Part shown: one piece after another, positions 10,179 through 18,191 of the stretch
Numbering within the stretch: position 1 is the first letter of the stretch
Layout: every line of letters begins with the position of its first letter
Assembly: GCF_036323395.1 (NCBI RefSeq)
Contig: NZ_AP028907.1
Span: forward strand, 180,001-212,000
Direction: 5' to 3'
Length of the DNA stretch: 32,000 nucleotides
From: Pyrodictium abyssi
GTDB lineage: Archaea > Thermoproteota > Thermoprotei_A > Sulfolobales > Pyrodictiaceae
Notes under the pieces: model-generated
What the model saw: the letters and a program-made list of their open reading frames with translations, nothing else
Databases searched by the model: none
Told to the model about the DNA's origin: nothing
Translations under genes and position numbers: made by a program

Positions 10179-10577
10179 TTACCAGTTCTCTTCCTCTACC
10201 TTCTTCACTCTGGATAGCTGTACATTCTGTAGTATTCTCCAGGCTTTGCCAGCAACGATGGAGAGAATCTCCTTGACGCCGCTACGTTTCTTGGCCCTCT
10301 TGAGTATCAGGTAGTTGTAGATGAATCTCTTTAGCGTAGGATCCGGGATTGTGTCTGCTATAGTCTTCAGCATGGCTAAAGTGCGGATTTCTTTATCCGA
10401 AAGCTCGGATAATGTTATTACTGCCTTGCCTTTGGGCATCGCTAGCATCTTGACGGCTATCCTCTGTGCACCAAAGAGGTCCTTATCCTCTTCGAAGTCG
10501 AAGTCTTCATCGATTTCTATATCGAAGTCGAGGGGGTCCTCTTCCTCTGCTCTTTCTCTCCTCTTACGGGCCGGCAT
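10179..10577 (-). CDS. Hypothetical protein with strongly acidic N-terminal tract
   Basis: EEEDPLDFDIEIDEDFDFEEDKD then helical basic domain. Confidence 0.65.
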   Translation of the reverse strand: MPARKRRERAEEEDPLDFDIEIDEDFDFEEDKDLFGAQRIAVKMLAMPKGKAVITLSELSDKEIRTLAMLKTIADTIPDPTLKRFIYNYLILKRAKKRSGVKEILSIVAGKAWRILQNVQLSRVKKVEEENW

Positions 10578-10581
10578 AGTA

Positions 10582-11208
10582 TCACCTTGCAGGCGCTATG
10601 GATACGTGATAGCCTAGCATGGGTAGGATAAAGAACTCCATGATGAACGCGAGAGTCATTCCGACAAGTAGCATCACGATCTGCTCTCCCTTCGTGGGCT
10701 GTATCTTGCCGACAAGCTTCTCTATTGTTCTGCTCGCAAAGTAGTTCTTGAGCACTATCGGGTGTATCATTGACGGTCCTATCTTCGCTTTACGAAGCTC
10801 TTGCTGTATCTCTTCGTCGTCGGGATCTTCGAATTCATAGACTATGTTTCTGTCCGCATCAACTATGATTACCGGCTCTGCTCTCCTACAATTGCTGTCT
10901 TTGCAGAATATGTAAGGCTCCATAGGCGGTAGCTTGTAGAGTCTTGTAGGAGTTATCAGTTCTCCGCTAGCTGTTAGCTTGCCTATGGTTTTCATGAGGA
11001 TCTTGCCGTTTCTTAGGAGAACAGTTACTCTATCCCCCCGTGTCCGCTGGAACGTCTTTACCCTGTTCAGAGCTGCGTATGCTAGCCGCATGGTTTGGTC
11101 TATTCTGGCAGTAGTTGCTATGAAGAGAACGAGTGCGAAGAATGCTATAGTTATGAGCACGTAGAGGATGCTAAGCAAAGCATCTTGTGGCAGACTCACC
11201 GGGCTCAT
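10582..11208 (-). CDS. Membrane protein with N- and C-terminal TM segments, unknown
   Basis: ALLSILYVLITIAFFALVLFIATTA and GEQIVMLLVGMTLAFIMEFFILPMLGYHV. Confidence 0.65.
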   Translation of the reverse strand: MSPVSLPQDALLSILYVLITIAFFALVLFIATTARIDQTMRLAYAALNRVKTFQRTRGDRVTVLLRNGKILMKTIGKLTASGELITPTRLYKLPPMEPYIFCKDSNCRRAEPVIIVDADRNIVYEFEDPDDEEIQQELRKAKIGPSMIHPIVLKNYFASRTIEKLVGKIQPTKGEQIVMLLVGMTLAFIMEFFILPMLGYHVSIAPAR

Positions 11209-11305
11209 TATAGCTCCCGTAGCTCTATTGATCGTCCCTTACCTTTTCTTCGCCCTTTCCAGCTTTCATAAGCTGATGCTAGCTCACAGTTGCTAAGTCG
11301 AGAAT

Positions 11306-11329
11306 GTTTCCCTAAAGATCTAGGGGAGA
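11306..11329. repeat. Degenerate copy of the GTTTC palindrome just upstream of the 11330 ORF
   Basis: GTTTCcctaaagatctaggggaga; left arm exact, right arm degraded. Confidence 0.4.
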
Positions 11330-12079
11330 ATGCGAGCAATAGCACCCATTGTTGCTGCTGCAATACTAGCACTCATAGCTGGTGCTGGCATTACTGCCTA
11401 TGTGCTTTCTCGGCCCGCAGCTGAGGCTCCTCTCGCAGCTATAGGTACTGCGAACATTATCGCAAGCGTGGAGACCAGGTATATTGTTGAATACATGGTG
11501 TTTGCGAGCGATAAGATAGATCTTAAGGTGTACTTGAACGGAACAGATGTTGCAGACATATTCATCCTGGTACCTACCTCGAGTTCAGAGTACATGGTTG
11601 TCTATAACAAGTACGACTATCAAAGCGGTACTCTACTTGAGTTGAACTATATGAAGGAGTTCATAGTTCTAGCCTGGAGAGATGGCTATGTAGATGCGAT
11701 AATCGTGGACATGGAGAACCCGGCACCCGGAGAGGTACGCCTTCACACGACACATCATCCCGATCCTATGAGCTTGACGCAATATGTGAAGGTTACAAAG
11801 CGCTGGTGGGACATTCTCTGGGAGGGTTTTGCGGTACTATTTGAAATGATGACTGCCATGAAGTTTGTAATAGATATTGTCGTGGCTATGCTGCCCTATG
11901 CCGGAGCTATGTGGTCTGTCTGGCTTGTCTCCGCCATTTCGAAAGCGCTTAGAGACATGAGCATTGAACCTCTGATAGACTTCTTCTATAAGAACTACCA
12001 AATAGTGAGAGGGATAGTATCGGCAGTTACGCAGATAGTGCTCAAGATAATAGACTTGATAACCGGGCCGGCAACATAA
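11330..12079 (+). CDS. Membrane/secreted protein, unknown
   Basis: N-terminal signal/anchor MRAIAPIVAAAILALIAGAGITAYVL; several hydrophobic segments near the C-terminus. Confidence 0.65.
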   Translation: MRAIAPIVAAAILALIAGAGITAYVLSRPAAEAPLAAIGTANIIASVETRYIVEYMVFASDKIDLKVYLNGTDVADIFILVPTSSSEYMVVYNKYDYQSGTLLELNYMKEFIVLAWRDGYVDAIIVDMENPAPGEVRLHTTHHPDPMSLTQYVKVTKRWWDILWEGFAVLFEMMTAMKFVIDIVVAMLPYAGAMWSVWLVSAISKALRDMSIEPLIDFFYKNYQIVRGIVSAVTQIVLKIIDLITGPAT

Positions 12080-12126
12080 CGTTATTTCGCCTACAGGATC
12101 TCTGATGAAATCTTGCTTTCTACATG

Positions 12127-12175
12127 ATTTCGCTATCCTCGAGAAGGAGAAACATGTCAGACTGATACTCTGACA
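12127..12175. repeat. Composite palindromic unit: 27-mer (12127-12153), 1 nt, 21-mer (12155-12175)
   Basis: ATTTCgctatcctcgagaaggaGAAAC a TGTCAGActgatacTCTGACA. Confidence 0.88.
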
Positions 12176-12195
12176 GTCTCTACGAAAAGAGGATA

Positions 12196-12300
12196 TCATG
12201 TAAGGATGTCTGCCACGAGCTTTGCAAGCCTGTAGCCCAAGTAGCCGGCAAATCCGGCAGCAAATGCGTAGATAACAACTTCAAAGGGCTCTAAGCTCAA
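12196..12300 (-). CDS. 34-aa putative membrane micro-protein (TTG start; not in ORF track)
   Basis: MSLEPFEVVIYAFAAGFAGYLGYRLAKLVADILT; overlaps the 3' end of the 12281-12589 ORF. Confidence 0.4.
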   Translation of the reverse strand: MSLEPFEVVIYAFAAGFAGYLGYRLAKLVADILT

Positions 12301-12589
12301 CCTCCCGCACCTCCTCGAGCATTTGATTCCCTACTGCGATTCCCTTCTGCCTTAGTAATTCCATTAGTTTCCTTGCTCGAGGATCGTCCTCGGGCTCAAC
12401 CCATACTACTAGCCTGTATTCCTCTGGTGGATGTTCATCTTTTTCCACAAAGAGCCAGGCTGATAGCTTTATCATAAGCTGTGGCACGTTTCTACCTCTG
12501 AAAGTTCTCTGGGCAGCTATCGTTGAGCGTCTACGGTGTATTAAGGCAGCTCTTACGGTTATAGGAGGTGTGCGTGGCGGTCCTCCCAT
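12281..12589 (-). CDS. Hypothetical protein (start may be internal, MIKLSAWLFVEKDE...)
   Basis: ORF with plausible composition in its C-terminal two-thirds. Confidence 0.4.
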   Translation of the reverse strand: MGGPPRTPPITVRAALIHRRRSTIAAQRTFRGRNVPQLMIKLSAWLFVEKDEHPPEEYRLVVWVEPEDDPRARKLMELLRQKGIAVGNQMLEEVREVELRAL

Positions 12590-12704
12590 TAATGTGTCCC
12601 TTTACTCCTGTTTAGAGCCCGGTAAGCCGTGTTAAGCTTGTCGAGCTAATGTAAGCTGGTTCTAGTTCGCGGCTCAAGTATAGTTGTTGTTGGAGTTAGA
12701 ACGC

Positions 12705-12995
12705 ATGGAGATGGGTATGTCTTTTATGAAACGGGTGAAGGAGAAGCTAGCTAAAGTAGGTCAAGAGTTCAAGGCACGGGCTAAAGCGATAGCAGTAGCG
12801 ACCCTAGGCATAGGGACAACTTTGCTAACTAAGGTGGCGCACGCTCAGACAACCATAGATACCAGTAGCATGACGGAGATGATATCAGCATTCCTACCGA
12901 TAATAATGAGCTTATTCGCTATAATGATTCCGCTAATGTTCTTTGGTAAGATAATGGAGTTCTTTGAGAGGCTACTACGCAGCTTTGGCGGCTAA
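12705..12995 (+). CDS. Small secreted, highly hydrophobic protein; candidate capsid/filament or membrane-pore subunit
   Basis: Signal-like TLGIGTTLLTKVAHAQ then mature TTIDTSSMTEMISAFLPIIMSLFAIMIPLMFFGKIMEFFERLLRSFGG. Confidence 0.6.
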   Translation: MEMGMSFMKRVKEKLAKVGQEFKARAKAIAVATLGIGTTLLTKVAHAQTTIDTSSMTEMISAFLPIIMSLFAIMIPLMFFGKIMEFFERLLRSFGG

Positions 12996-13000
12996 TATCG

Positions 13001-13693
13001 GTGATAAGTATGCTAAGGCGGCTACTAGCAGTCTTTTTGGTGGCTCTTATAGCATTCAGCACCGTAGCAGCGGCGCAGACAGAGGTGCTAGTTCCCAGCG
13101 ACGTTAGCGGTCCGATGTGGTGGGACTTCAATGCACAAACGCCTACGGTGATTAAGCTACTGCCGAACCTACCAGGACCAGCGCCTAATGCAAGCGACAA
13201 CCTGCGAATCGGCTTCGTAACACAGACAAAAGAGGCCGGCGGAACATACGAGGTCATAACAATCCGCTTCAAGATAAACGGCATGATGACTGTAGGCAGT
13301 CCTAGGTATGGTGTGCCGGACCAGGAAGTGGCCCAGTGGAGTAACAATGAGACTGTAAAGGTTGTCATATTTGGCAACACTATGGAGGTATATGTAGGCA
13401 GCACTAAGGTATGGAGCTATGAGGCGAGCGAAGAGATCCCGGACATAAACTACGTGTATGCGGATAGCGCTACATTCGGAGTGCCGGCATTCGAAGGCGG
13501 CGGATACATAAAGATATACGTGGATGAGGAGGAGCTAAACTCCATCCTAATAAACTATCAAATGCGGGAAAGCATGAACGCGACAATGGAGCTCTTCACA
13601 GCGTTTATGCCGCTGTTGATGGTATTCGCAATATTCGGAATGTTTATGAAGTTCATGGGCAAGATAATGAATACGTTGGGGAGAGCATTTTGA
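13001..13693 (+). CDS. Secreted protein with beta-rich ectodomain and C-terminal hydrophobic anchor
   Basis: Signal peptide ending VAAAQ; beta-rich middle; C-terminus MNATMELFTAFMPLLMVFAIFGMFMKFMGKIMNTLGRAF. Confidence 0.65.
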   Translation: MISMLRRLLAVFLVALIAFSTVAAAQTEVLVPSDVSGPMWWDFNAQTPTVIKLLPNLPGPAPNASDNLRIGFVTQTKEAGGTYEVITIRFKINGMMTVGSPRYGVPDQEVAQWSNNETVKVVIFGNTMEVYVGSTKVWSYEASEEIPDINYVYADSATFGVPAFEGGGYIKIYVDEEELNSILINYQMRESMNATMELFTAFMPLLMVFAIFGMFMKFMGKIMNTLGRAF

Positions 13694-14742
13694 AACCCAT
13701 AGCTCTTTTTATAGCGGTTCTTCTCCCCCTAGGCCTAATCGTTACTGCGCATGCTGAGCAGAATCCTATAGTAGCTGTCTACTTCTACGCATGGTATGGT
13801 GAGGGATTAGGAGGGAGACATTGGAACGACTCAGCTTATACGCCCATCGTGGATGAGCCGCTGATAGGCTACTATAGCAGCCTAGACCCGGACACGATCG
13901 AGTGGCAGCTAAGGCTACTCAAGCAAGCAGGCATAGACGTACTCTTCATAAGCTGGTGGGGCCCCAATAGCTACGAAGATAGAGCAGCTAGACTGGTCTT
14001 CGAGAACCTGAAGCGCTTCGACCTGAAGGCCGCTATACTGGTCGAGCCCTATCTGGGAGGAGATCCTAGCCTCTACGACTACGAGTGGTGGCTTCAAGTA
14101 CTAGATTACATAAAGAAGAACTACATAGATAAGTATCCGAGCGTCTACTTCCGCTGGGAGGGCAAGCCGCTAGTACTAGCGTACAACCCCATAGGGATGA
14201 AGTGCCGACCAAACACAGACGAGTTCACGGTGAGGATAGTCGGCAACGACATAGACAATGCTGGCTACCAGGACTGGGACCTATGGCCAGACTACCTAGC
14301 CCCATGGACCACAGACAAGCCCATAGAGCTCAGAGTACGACAGGACGGCTACGTGGCCATAGCACCACGCTTCGACGACAGGGTATTCTGCGAGCTAGGC
14401 GTAAGGACTGGCTGTGATCAAAGGCTCTTGGATCCAAATTACACGCTTCAAGCCTACGTGAAACAATGGGAGTGGATACTTCAGCATAAGGATCAAGTAA
14501 GGCTCATAGCGATTTATAGTTGGAACGAATATCACGAGCGCAGCCAGATAGAGCCTCATTACGACGCAACAAAGCCGGAGCCGCTGGTTTACGATCCCTA
14601 TGCATTAACAAGAGCATACACCGAGAAACTGCGCGGTATCGAGTATAGTAAAGAGTACAAAGCTTTAGCCCAGGGTCTAGGACAGATAATGGGTGTTGCC
14701 TTCCTTGCAGGTGCGGCTGCGCAGTTTATCCGGCGGGCTTAG
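13690..14742 (+). CDS. Secreted glycoside hydrolase family 99/WbsX-like protein with possible C-terminal anchor
   Basis: Signal peptide ...VTAHAEQ; VAVYFYAWYGEG...HWND, LLKQAGIDVLFISWWGP, KPLVLAYNP, LIAIYSWNEYHERSQIEP. Confidence 0.75.
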   Translation: MKPIALFIAVLLPLGLIVTAHAEQNPIVAVYFYAWYGEGLGGRHWNDSAYTPIVDEPLIGYYSSLDPDTIEWQLRLLKQAGIDVLFISWWGPNSYEDRAARLVFENLKRFDLKAAILVEPYLGGDPSLYDYEWWLQVLDYIKKNYIDKYPSVYFRWEGKPLVLAYNPIGMKCRPNTDEFTVRIVGNDIDNAGYQDWDLWPDYLAPWTTDKPIELRVRQDGYVAIAPRFDDRVFCELGVRTGCDQRLLDPNYTLQAYVKQWEWILQHKDQVRLIAIYSWNEYHERSQIEPHYDATKPEPLVYDPYALTRAYTEKLRGIEYSKEYKALAQGLGQIMGVAFLAGAAAQFIRRA

Positions 14743-14768
14743 TTTCTCTCCTCGATCCCTGGCGAAAC
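14742..14768. repeat. 27-bp palindromic repeat overlapping the stop codon of the GH-like gene
   Basis: GTTTCtctcctcgatccctggcGAAAC. Confidence 0.88.
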
Positions 14769-14803
14769 ACCTTGCAGTCTCAGCTCTGATTCTCCATGCT
14801 GCC

Positions 14804-15028
14804 ATGGGGCTCTATCTGGCTTGTTTAGCAGCCATTTACGATTCTACTAATATGGGATTTGTTCTTCTCATAGCATACCCGGTGCTTACCGTTAGTCTCT
14901 GGATAACTAAGCCACATGCAATGTTAGCCTTCATGGTTCTAATTGCAGCTTCCCTAAGCTTTCTTAAGCTGTTATGGACTCGAAGGTATCATTTCAAGTT
15001 ATTTGTAAGGCGTATTCTAGGGGGCTAA
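14804..15028 (+). CDS. Small membrane protein (ATG 14804 inside ORF 14693-15028)
   Basis: MGLYLACLAAIYDSTNMGFVLLIAYPVLTVSLWITKPHAMLAFMVLIAASLSF. Confidence 0.5.
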   Translation: MGLYLACLAAIYDSTNMGFVLLIAYPVLTVSLWITKPHAMLAFMVLIAASLSFLKLLWTRRYHFKLFVRRILGG

Positions 15029-15895
15029 TTGGGCAAGAAGAAGAAAAAGGTCTACTTTGGCGATGATAGTATCTTCAAGGCGGTCAAGGACATAGGTAGA
15101 AAGGGGTTAAACACACGAGAGGAATTCATTGAATTAGTTGCTGCGCAAGTTCTCGACCTAGCAGATCTTAGGACTAGGAGAAATACTGGCCGGCCCGCTA
15201 AATGGACACTACAGCTCTGGAACCAACGCTGTTTTGTACTGAGAGAGTTGAATAAGAGGAAACGGTTTGGTCTGGCAGCTTTCGTAAGGAAAGCTTGCAG
15301 TCTTGGCAGGCGCATTCTGAGGTCTAAGGATAAGCTGCCTTACTACAAGCGTCTCAAGATACTTGCGAAATTCGGTATGTGGGTCTCCGAGAAGTATGGT
15401 GTCTCTCCTAGGACGCTTGCTCACATAATAAGGCGCGTGAATGAGAACGAGCGGCTTGTCCGTAAGCTTACGGAGTTCTTCTATCGGGAGCTTGGCAGGG
15501 AATTCAAGAGGCGTGGCATTTCTCCCCGTGTTGCTACTAGGCGTCTGAAGAAGCATATACGGCGTATAAGGAGCCTCTTCAACGATGAGGATAAACGTAT
15601 TGCTGCCTATCTCTGGGATATGATTCCAAAAAAGTATAGAAGCGGAGCCCGGAGGCTCTGGACTTATCTTCTAGTTCTTCACCTAGCAAGATGGATTCGC
15701 AAAAAGGCTAAGGAGTCTGGTGTTGATTGGCGCGATATTGACTGGGCAGCTGAGATCGACTGGAGACAGGGCTATTACTATGCTAAGAGCCGTGTCTTCG
15801 AGCTGTTAGGAATGCTAGGGAGTAAATACGAGGGTCTAACTGAGGAGGAGATTGAACAGATGATGGAGTACTGGGCTCAGAATGAGCGTATATGA
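15029..15895 (+). CDS. Large basic helical protein, unknown, possible nucleic-acid binder
   Basis: K/R-rich long ORF starting MGKKKKKVYFGDD; no family recognised. Confidence 0.65.
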   Translation: MGKKKKKVYFGDDSIFKAVKDIGRKGLNTREEFIELVAAQVLDLADLRTRRNTGRPAKWTLQLWNQRCFVLRELNKRKRFGLAAFVRKACSLGRRILRSKDKLPYYKRLKILAKFGMWVSEKYGVSPRTLAHIIRRVNENERLVRKLTEFFYRELGREFKRRGISPRVATRRLKKHIRRIRSLFNDEDKRIAAYLWDMIPKKYRSGARRLWTYLLVLHLARWIRKKAKESGVDWRDIDWAAEIDWRQGYYYAKSRVFELLGMLGSKYEGLTEEEIEQMMEYWAQNERI

Positions 15896-15988
15896 GCTAT
15901 CGTGAGCTTTCTTCAGCTTCACTAAGCTCTCGGAGAATCTGGCTGTGGATAGCGTATTCCGCTACCTTTTCTCCACCCGCTGAGAGCC

Positions 15989-18040
15989 ATGGTGCGTATA
16001 AGAGCCCTTCTAATACTAGCCCTCCTCCTAGTGCCCCTTGTCGGCCCAGTAATGCCGGCACACGCAGCAACAATACCGATAAGCGAAGTCGATGAAGCTA
16101 TCAGACTTGGCGTAGAAGCAGTATATCGAGCAGTAAGGCCCGTGGACACTTCATTCAGCAAGTATGTTATGCCAGACCACCCTAGCCCAACAATCTCAAT
16201 AGCGTATAATGGAAAGCTCTACGTGCCTGGCAGCTTCTTTGATCCCGGCGACTCCATCTATAAGACAGAACTCGTAAAAGTATCCAACAACATGGTAGCA
16301 TGGAGGTACTACTTCAATATAGACGACGACGATGACTACGATGTAGTAATCTATGCGGAGCTAACAAACATCGACTATAACATCGACAGGCTATACATCT
16401 ACATCGATAAGGCCGAATACAACATAGATGTCTATGTCGGCGCCTACTCCCCCTATAAGTACTTCAACGTCGGACAGGGATGGAGCACAACAATAGATAT
16501 CAACGACTGGAACAAGTACAAGTTCCACTCAGCTCGCTATGTTGCACGCCACAGCACCAGAATAGCCGCATGGCTGCTAGAGGATGAGGGAGCAAGCTAT
16601 ACTGCAAGCAAACTTCATAATCTCATGAATGGGTGTGGCTACACCTACGACGTATACGCTCCGATATTCGGGCGCAGCACCAGCTATCCCGACGACTTCT
16701 TTACTAGAGATGCTACATGGCTTGGCAACGGCTACAGCTGCCTACCATGGACTCTGAGCAAATACAGCTACTTCCTCAACTACCCCTACAAGAGCCGCAT
16801 GTACATATTCGACGCCTTTAGCAGCTATACCTATCATGCAGCCCTAAGAGCGTGGGAAGAGGCTCCACTAGCAAATCTGCTTAAGGCAATGCATCTTCTC
16901 GACAAGTATGGTGCCTCCAGAGCTAGCGAAGCTGAGCAGCTAATAGCCCAGGTAATTGAGGACGGGAAATGGGACGGCTACGGCATAAAGTACGCCTCCA
17001 TAGATGCCGGCTATGTAGCATCCGGCTACCACACCGGCCCCGAGATTCCTTATGGCTACGCGGGCTATCCCGTATACCTAAACGCAGCTCTGCTAGCTGC
17101 GCTAGTGAAATACTACCAGGTAACGGGAGACCGCTGGATAGCCGGCAACGATATACTCTACATGGCTGACAGGCTTGCCGGTATACTAGTGAAGCTTCAG
17201 TGGAAGTATGAGCACAAGACTCCATGGGGCTACGTGAGGCTAGCACTATTCCGCGGATGGTGGCCGGCGGCATACGAGATAGGCAGCCTAATCAGCAAGT
17301 CTAGCGCCTGGGGCATAATAGACACACTAACCCACACAGCCGACAACGTGGCCGGAATCCTGGCTAAAGTCGGCATAGACTTTCCCTCCGAGGCTCTGAG
17401 GCCTATGCCCAGCGAGTGGCCATTCGCAATAGTGAACAGCGAGTCTACAATACTCGCTATCCAGGCTCTGAAGCTCTACAGGCAGCTTGGCAGAGAGCCC
17501 ATAGACCCCATATCAGACGTAATAGCCGGGTTTGACGGCATCTTCGTGGAGAGTGGCGGTGGCGGGTATGCAGCGATAGGAGGCAGTCATGGCGGTGAGA
17601 CAAGCGATGACGGCCGCTGGATAGTAGCAAGCGCACTAGTTCCCGGTCTAAGCGGCGACGCATGGCATTACCAATACGCCAAGTTTAAGTTCAATCTGGA
17701 GAGCAGCGGCTACTACAAGCTGCGGATAGCGTCAATGGTCTCATATAATGGAAAAGACAGCTATGGCTCTAGCGCCTATGTCTACCTTGTCGTCAAGTTA
17801 CTGAACGCCTATGGTAATGTTGTTGCACAAGTAGAGAAGCTCGTAGACCATGTAGACGAGAACACGCTATTCAACAAGGCAAAGGCTGTAACCGTAGAGC
17901 TTGACACCGGCTACCTCACCAGCGGCACCTACTACGTCGAGATAGGGCTCAAGGTCGTGGCTGACAATAGCCCCATAAGCTGGGAGGGCGTGTGGATAAA
18001 CGGTAAGGTAGTAAACGATGAGATAGTTATAGCGCAGTAA
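15989..18040 (+). CDS. Large secreted protein (683 aa), possibly alpha/alpha-toroid-like plus C-terminal beta domain
   Basis: Signal peptide MVRIRALLILALLLVPLVGPVMPAHAA; repeated helical pattern mid-protein; beta-rich C-terminus. Fold is a guess. Confidence 0.7.
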   Translation: MVRIRALLILALLLVPLVGPVMPAHAATIPISEVDEAIRLGVEAVYRAVRPVDTSFSKYVMPDHPSPTISIAYNGKLYVPGSFFDPGDSIYKTELVKVSNNMVAWRYYFNIDDDDDYDVVIYAELTNIDYNIDRLYIYIDKAEYNIDVYVGAYSPYKYFNVGQGWSTTIDINDWNKYKFHSARYVARHSTRIAAWLLEDEGASYTASKLHNLMNGCGYTYDVYAPIFGRSTSYPDDFFTRDATWLGNGYSCLPWTLSKYSYFLNYPYKSRMYIFDAFSSYTYHAALRAWEEAPLANLLKAMHLLDKYGASRASEAEQLIAQVIEDGKWDGYGIKYASIDAGYVASGYHTGPEIPYGYAGYPVYLNAALLAALVKYYQVTGDRWIAGNDILYMADRLAGILVKLQWKYEHKTPWGYVRLALFRGWWPAAYEIGSLISKSSAWGIIDTLTHTADNVAGILAKVGIDFPSEALRPMPSEWPFAIVNSESTILAIQALKLYRQLGREPIDPISDVIAGFDGIFVESGGGGYAAIGGSHGGETSDDGRWIVASALVPGLSGDAWHYQYAKFKFNLESSGYYKLRIASMVSYNGKDSYGSSAYVYLVVKLLNAYGNVVAQVEKLVDHVDENTLFNKAKAVTVELDTGYLTSGTYYVEIGLKVVADNSPISWEGVWINGKVVNDEIVIAQ

Positions 18041-18058
18041 GCCCCTAGCTCTTTTTTC

Positions 18059-18107
18059 CTTTCCTCTTCTGCCTGTATGTGAAACTTGTCAGACTCTAGT
18101 TCTGACG
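18059..18107. repeat. Composite palindromic unit: 27-mer (18059-18085), 1 nt, 21-mer (18087-18107)
   Basis: CTTTCctcttctgcctgtatgtGAAAC t TGTCAGActctagtTCTGACG. Confidence 0.85.
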
Positions 18108-18191
18108 CTAGTTCTAAATCGGAATAAGAAGCAGAGGAGAAGCGGGCTCAGCGATTATCTCATCATTACCCGCTTTGCCCGGTGGCCCGCT

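Noticed and set aside
12367-12394. AGTTTCCTTGCTCGAGGATCGTCCTCGG as a repeat copy
   Set aside because: Left arm and CTCGAG core resemble the family but the right arm is absent; not counted.
15052-15556. Minus-strand ORFs and other long antisense ORFs (e.g. 29-349, 5919-6299, 29004-29330)
   Set aside because: They are opposite well-supported genes and lack recognisable domains; typical shadow ORFs in GC-rich DNA.
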